DNA from: Chloroflexota bacterium
Lineage (GTDB): Bacteria > Chloroflexota > Dehalococcoidia > Lucifugimonadales > Lucifugimonadaceae
Direction of reading: 5' to 3'
Assembly (NCBI GenBank): GCA_018650845.1
Contig: JABIFF010000021.1
Coordinates: 16,163-80,162, forward strand
Length of the DNA: 64,000 nucleotides
The notes beneath the pieces are model-generated. The model searched no databases and was not told the origin of the DNA. It was given only the letters and a program-made list of their open reading frames with translations. The translations under genes and the position numbers were made by a program. Shown in pieces: positions 58,858-64,000 of this stretch. Within the stretch, counting starts at the first letter, position 1. Each line of letters begins with the position of its first letter.

Positions 58858-59295
58858 ATGGATCCAGTTCAATACAGTTCAGAATCAAGTAGCTCGCTCA
58901 ATATAGGTCTCATAGTAATCGCTTCGATATTAGCGATCGGCTGGTTAGCTCTGATGGCCAGCGGAGTAAAACTGTATCGGGGTGCCAATGACTCTACGAT
59001 TAAAGCTATTTCCACAACATTTTTAGTTGCCGGTGGCACCATCGCACTCACCGTGATCCTAGGAGTAATCGAGGCTATTCCCAACTCCCTATCGGGACCA
59101 ATTCTTCTCGCGGAGATTGCGATATTATCGACGATTTTTTGGGCCATAGTCTTGGTCGACGCCGCCACCAATGAGAGTAAACGAGGCAACGATAAAATCG
59201 TTTGGGTATTGATAATTCTGCTAGCGAATTTGCTAGGTGCATTCCTCTACTTTGGCATCAGGCGCAAGAGTCGAATCGCTGAATTATCTCGCTGA
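58858..59295 (+). CDS. Small membrane protein with PLDc_N-like C-terminal domain
   Basis: KIVWVLIILLANLLGAFLYF. Confidence 0.65.
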   Translation: MDPVQYSSESSSSLNIGLIVIASILAIGWLALMASGVKLYRGANDSTIKAISTTFLVAGGTIALTVILGVIEAIPNSLSGPILLAEIAILSTIFWAIVLVDAATNESKRGNDKIVWVLIILLANLLGAFLYFGIRRKSRIAELSR

Positions 59296-59304
59296 AACGA
59301 CACT

Positions 59305-59523
59305 TTGAATCAAGAACGAAAAATTACAACCCTAGTTATAAGGAATCGCATGACAAACAGCCAAACCCGCATGCTCGCATCTGCCATCGGACTTCTAGCA
59401 GGAGCCATCGCTGGCTTGAGCAGCAGCCTCGACGTAAACGTCAGCATCATTGTGATGCTCGTGACATTCGTAATGCTGATCGCCGAGTACGTCCGATCAT
59501 TCAAATCCGAACTACCCGACTAA
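59305..59523 (+). CDS. Small two-TM hypothetical protein
   Basis: Two hydrophobic helices; start may be MTNSQ. Confidence 0.5.
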   Translation: MNQERKITTLVIRNRMTNSQTRMLASAIGLLAGAIAGLSSSLDVNVSIIVMLVTFVMLIAEYVRSFKSELPD

Positions 59524-60689
59524 ACCGGAAAGACGATCACTTTCGACTCGTCACGAGACGAAATCTTTACGCGGTTTCCAACTTTTATGCCGTTCGCTGC
59601 CCGTCGACGAACCCGAAGCAGCGTTCCTGAATCCAAGCGAATGGCGTACTCGCTGAACTCGCCCTCGAACTCTCGAAGCTCGACAGTACCCGTCCGCTGT
59701 TCATCTTCACCAGCAACTTCGATTTCCAACTCTGAAGCTCGCATCAACGACAGCACCTGTTGACCATCAGAAATCGAATTGTCAGCGGTGACCCTAGTAG
59801 GGAACGCACCCGCCTCGGTCATAACAATCCCGCCTCGGAACACACCGGGAATCAATTCGCACGGACCGATAAGTTTTGCGACATCGGCCGAAACCGGGTT
59901 TTGATAAACCTCTTCCGGAGTACCGATCTGTTCAATCGAATTCTGCCCCATCACCGCAATACGATCCGAAGTCGCCAGTGCCTCCTCACGATCGTGAGTA
60001 ACGAGCAGCGTCGTAGCACCAGTCTTGCGAACGATCTCTTTAATATCTCGCCTGAGCGCCGCCCGAAGCTGTCTATCCAAGTTGCTAAACGGCTCATCCA
60101 ACAACAACGCAACCGGATCAGGAGCCAACGCCCTTGCAATCGCAACTCGCTGTTGCTGACCACCAGAAAGCTCGTGAACATAACGCGATTCGTACCCGCT
60201 CATGCCCACCATATCGAGCACCGGAGCGATTCGAGCACTGCGTTCATCCGCAGGCAAATCCTTTAGACCAAATTCAACATTCTTGGCAACTGTCAGATGT
60301 GGGAACAGCGCGTAATCCTGAAACACCAACCCGATCCTGCGCTGGTCTGGCGGAATGTGAACAAATGACGATCCGACTAGCTGGCCGCCTACACGAACGT
60401 ATCCTGAACTGACCTGTTCAAATCCAGCAACGACCCTGAGCGCAGTCGTCTTACCCGCTCCACTTCGACCCAATATGCTCACAAATTCACCGGGTCGAAT
60501 AAGCAAATTGAAATCGCTTATCGCCGGAGAATCAGAACCCGGGTACCGACACTCCACTCCCTGCAAATGAATCACACCCGTCTCGCCATCAGTAGGCACA
60601 GGGATTGCCAGAGCGGCTGAAGCTGCATCAGCTACTGATGCAGGCGGAAGTTTCAAATTCGTCGATTTACGACTCCACGGCATCCTCAT
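59520..60689 (-). CDS. Fe3+ ABC transporter ATP-binding protein (FbpC-like)
   Basis: GRSGAGKT, FQDYALFPH, LSGGQQQR, TOBE-like C-terminus. Confidence 0.88.
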   Translation of the reverse strand: MRMPWSRKSTNLKLPPASVADAASAALAIPVPTDGETGVIHLQGVECRYPGSDSPAISDFNLLIRPGEFVSILGRSGAGKTTALRVVAGFEQVSSGYVRVGGQLVGSSFVHIPPDQRRIGLVFQDYALFPHLTVAKNVEFGLKDLPADERSARIAPVLDMVGMSGYESRYVHELSGGQQQRVAIARALAPDPVALLLDEPFSNLDRQLRAALRRDIKEIVRKTGATTLLVTHDREEALATSDRIAVMGQNSIEQIGTPEEVYQNPVSADVAKLIGPCELIPGVFRGGIVMTEAGAFPTRVTADNSISDGQQVLSLMRASELEIEVAGEDEQRTGTVELREFEGEFSEYAIRLDSGTLLRVRRRAANGIKVGNRVKISSRDESKVIVFPV

Positions 60690-62353
60690 CGAACAGTCTC
60701 CCCGATTTCGTTCGATCTATCGGAGGCATCCGCCTTGTCACCATGTCCACGAAGAGTCAGGTAAGCAGTAGGCACACCGGCAACTAGCACCAGTAACAAC
60801 GCGGCCGCTGCCGTTTTGGCAAAGAAAGCCTCGGAAGCCGCCGACCAAATCGAAGCAGAAAGCGTTCGGTAACCAATAGGCGAAAGAATCAAAGTCGCAG
60901 GAAGCTCTTTCATCGTAAGCAAGAACACCATCGCTCCACCTGCGAGAGCACCTGGCATTACCAGCGGAACGGTCACCGAAAAGATAACTCTCCACTGTGA
61001 ACGACCCAAACTCTGGGCAGCTTCCTCAACTCTCGGGCTCACCTGCAACAAAGAACTCCGTAATGCTCCAACACTAGCCGGCAAAAACAGTACAACATAA
61101 GCAAATATCAGCAGCCAGATCGACTGGTACAAAGGCCGTGCCACATTGATACCGAAGAACACTAGTGAAAGCGCAACCACAACACCCGGCAATCCAAAAC
61201 CAATATAGATAGATCGCTCGAAGAATTTACTCATACGACTCTGAAAACGAACCGCAAGAATCGCCACGGGAAGCGCAGCCATAACCGTCGCCAACGCGGC
61301 CAGCAACGATATGTATAGAGAATTGCGTGCAGGAATCAACAAAGGCAAAAGTTCCTGATCATTCAGCAACCCTCGCACTAACCAGTGAACCAGAACGCCT
61401 ACGGGAATAATCAACCCAATCATCACCGGCACACCAACTCCGGCAGCTCCTAACCATCGCCAGCGCCCTAAATCAAATCGACGCGAAGAGCGAACGGCGC
61501 CAACTGTACTCCGGTGATACGCCCCACGCCCACGAGTAAAACCTTCGCCCATAAGCAGCATTACAGCGATAACCACCAACACCAACGAAAGCACGGCCGC
61601 CAAAGTTCGATCGATCGACGATTGATACTGAATCATGATCGTCGAAGTGAACGTCTGATATCGGAGCAATGCTACGCCGCCAAAATCGCTCAGCGTATAC
61701 AACGCCACCAAAAGCGAGCCACCAGCAATCGCAGGTCGAAGCATAGGCAGCGTAACTGCACGGAACGTATGAACCGGCCCATAACCCATCGCCCGAGCCG
61801 CCTCTTCCAAGGCAGGGTCCATTCGCCTTAGCGCACCTCGCACCGTCAACAGCACATATGGATACGTCATCAAAACCAGAACAAGCGTCGCACCGCCCAA
61901 TCCATAAATGTCTGGCAGACGTTCAACCCCAATCGCTGACAACCAGCCCTGAAGCACGCCCTTGGGCGAATACATCTCGATAACCGTTGTAGCCATCACA
62001 AAACTAGGCATCACCAACGGCAACACCGAAGCCACCGAAAGCACCCTACGAAGCGGAATGTTCGATTTCACAGTGAGCCATGCAATCGGAACTGCCACTG
62101 ACACCGAAATCACCGTCACCAACGCTATTAAAAGGAAAGTTCTTCCAAACACTGCCGCAGTGTTCGCTCGCCAAATAATGTCGATCCAATCCGAACCAGC
62201 ACTGACCGATCTCACCAACAAATATGCGACAGGTATTAATGCCGCAAGCGCGACAGCGGCCGCCGATGCTACTAAGAACGCGGGCGGCCGTTTGCCATCG
62301 GTGGATTTCCACCCAAGTGGCATCACACCTGAAAATACGCCTGAAATGGTCAC
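60686..62353 (-). CDS. Fe3+ ABC transporter permease (FbpB-like)
   Basis: Two EEAA loops, SDFG, KELPATL. Confidence 0.9.
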   Translation of the reverse strand: MTISGVFSGVMPLGWKSTDGKRPPAFLVASAAAVALAALIPVAYLLVRSVSAGSDWIDIIWRANTAAVFGRTFLLIALVTVISVSVAVPIAWLTVKSNIPLRRVLSVASVLPLVMPSFVMATTVIEMYSPKGVLQGWLSAIGVERLPDIYGLGGATLVLVLMTYPYVLLTVRGALRRMDPALEEAARAMGYGPVHTFRAVTLPMLRPAIAGGSLLVALYTLSDFGGVALLRYQTFTSTIMIQYQSSIDRTLAAVLSLVLVVIAVMLLMGEGFTRGRGAYHRSTVGAVRSSRRFDLGRWRWLGAAGVGVPVMIGLIIPVGVLVHWLVRGLLNDQELLPLLIPARNSLYISLLAALATVMAALPVAILAVRFQSRMSKFFERSIYIGFGLPGVVVALSLVFFGINVARPLYQSIWLLIFAYVVLFLPASVGALRSSLLQVSPRVEEAAQSLGRSQWRVIFSVTVPLVMPGALAGGAMVFLLTMKELPATLILSPIGYRTLSASIWSAASEAFFAKTAAAALLLVLVAGVPTAYLTLRGHGDKADASDRSNEIGETVR

Positions 62354-62464
62354 GCAGACACCACCAGGATTTCAAAGGGTGATGCCTGCGAAGACATTTC
62401 CAACGTGTGTGCACTACACGATTGGATCAACATGGTTGCGCAAATAAACTGCGCCAGCCCATCC

Positions 62465-63502
62465 TTATGGAAGAGCGCCGACCTCCCGGAGAAGATCCTG
62501 TGTTCCTTCAAGATCAATCAAGTCACCAAGATCGATCGAAGGCTTAGTAATGTCTTCAAGTGCCGGAAGCAGATTGTTCGGTTTTGCACTCTCATTGAGC
62601 GGGAATTCATACGTCTGTGAAGCGAAGAACTGCTGGCCCGACGCACTTAGCAAGAACTTTATGAACTGTTCAGCCAAATCCTTGTTGTCAGATTCTTCAA
62701 GAAGCCCAACACCTGCCACAAGAACTACCGATCCCGGATCAGCCGCCCGTGTGTAGTAGTTTCGAGCCGCAAACGATTCACCCTCTTCAGCAATAAACCT
62801 ATGAAGGTAGTAGTGGTTCACAAAACCAACTTCAATCTCACCAGCTCCGGCAGCTGCCACAGTAGGAGTGTTCTTTGCGTAAATCTTTGGCTGATTGGCT
62901 ACGATGCCCTCAAGCCACACCTTAGTTCGATCCTCACCCCACTCCTGCCGCATTGCGGTAATCATGGCGTGAAGTGAACCGTTGGTAGGCGCCCATCCGA
63001 TTCGACCCTTCCATTCGGGTTTTGCAAAATCTTCTATCGAATCTGGAAGATCAGCTTCGGTAAGCATGTCCGTGTTGTAAACAACCGTACGTGCACGACC
63101 CGATGTACCAACCCACTTACTTTCAGGGTCCTGCGCCCAATCGGGAACTGAACTCAAAATATCATCTGAAAGTGTTGAAAGCAGCGAATCAACCGCACCG
63201 AGACCACCCGGGTCCTGTGCAAAGAAAATATCTGCTGGTGAGTTATCACCCTCTTCAAGCAAAGTAGCCGCCAAAGGCCCCGTAGAACCGTAGTTCACTT
63301 CAACCTTCGCACCAGTTACCTCTTCAAAGTCGGCAATCAAAGGCGCAATCAATGATTCGCTTCGACCCGAGTAAATAACCAATGATTCTGACTTGTCACC
63401 ATCGCCGTCATCCCCGGCACATGAAATAGCAACAATAGCCAGTACTGAAAACAACGCGACACTAACCACTACGCGCCATACGCTGGCAACGCTCTTCTCC
63501 AT
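62465..63502 (-). CDS. Fe3+ ABC transporter substrate-binding lipoprotein (FbpA/FutA-like)
   Basis: Lipobox AISC, YSGR, VNHYY iron-ligand motif. Confidence 0.9.
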   Translation of the reverse strand: MEKSVASVWRVVVSVALFSVLAIVAISCAGDDGDGDKSESLVIYSGRSESLIAPLIADFEEVTGAKVEVNYGSTGPLAATLLEEGDNSPADIFFAQDPGGLGAVDSLLSTLSDDILSSVPDWAQDPESKWVGTSGRARTVVYNTDMLTEADLPDSIEDFAKPEWKGRIGWAPTNGSLHAMITAMRQEWGEDRTKVWLEGIVANQPKIYAKNTPTVAAAGAGEIEVGFVNHYYLHRFIAEEGESFAARNYYTRAADPGSVVLVAGVGLLEESDNKDLAEQFIKFLLSASGQQFFASQTYEFPLNESAKPNNLLPALEDITKPSIDLGDLIDLEGTQDLLREVGALP

Positions 63503-63650
63503 TACCTAAGTCCCCTGAGGCCCGTCAAAAAGGAGCCGACTACCGATTATTACGGTTCGCCAGTGCGTCCTAATTCGTTCGTATATCGAAATCCTTACCT
63601 CAACAATACACATTTATTATTAGACCGCAAATCCCTTTTGTGAAAGACGT

Positions 63651-63667
63651 GTGAGGAATTTTCTCAT
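63651..63667. promoter_or_regulatory. Possible Fur-like operator upstream of the iron ABC operon
   Basis: Imperfect palindrome TGAGGAATTTTCTCA in an AT-rich region. Confidence 0.35.
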
Positions 63668-64000
63668 ACTTATTTACTCGTAAACCCACACTAATAACCT
63701 GCGCAACTAACATACAAACAAAAAACTTCGTATATAAAAACTAAAAGCAAGCAATAATGTTCAACAGAAACAATCTATGGCTTTTTACCGCTGAAGCATT
63801 CCATGAAACGCGTCACGAGAAAATAAGGCATTCGTAACGCCAAAACACCTACAATCAATTACGTCAACAATTGATTTCGCTGAACTCGATCGAAGCGAAC
63901 TCGAACAACCCGGTACGTATTCGCTATCCATCGCATGGCCACCTCACACCTCAAAGTCGGCAAATCCAAACAACTCCCAATACTGCTAATCGCAGTGATT

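Overview
Bacterial chromosomal DNA, most likely from Chloroflexota (Dehalococcoidia/SAR202-like). This is inferred from an archaellin gene in a bacterial context, Gram-positive-type LexA boxes and many paralogous dehydrogenases, racemases, enolases and sulfatases. Most genes are housekeeping or catabolic: greA, terC, FAD/Fe-S oxidase, larA, rlmN, pstB-phoU, cinA, tldD/pmbA, folC, fabF and an Fe3+ ABC transporter. The main finding is a set of intact HK97-type phage head genes split into separate minus-strand operons among ordinary host genes. Module A (43.5-46.4 kb) is Zn-ribbon, large terminase and portal. Module B (28.5-35.1 kb) is prohead protease, major capsid, decoration, fibre and neck genes. 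Module C (15.3-16.5 kb) is an apparently catalytically dead terminase-ATPase paralogue plus a Cys4-HTH regulator. Each module has its own sigma70-type promoter with a TAGAAC-N4-GTTCTA (LexA/SOS-type) operator, and the capsid operon also has a terminator in its leader. No integrase, replication, tail-tube or tape-measure gene is seen in the window. This suggests a domesticated, SOS-controlled, possibly tailless gene-transfer-agent (GTA)-like system. All calls come from reading motifs by eye; no database search was run.
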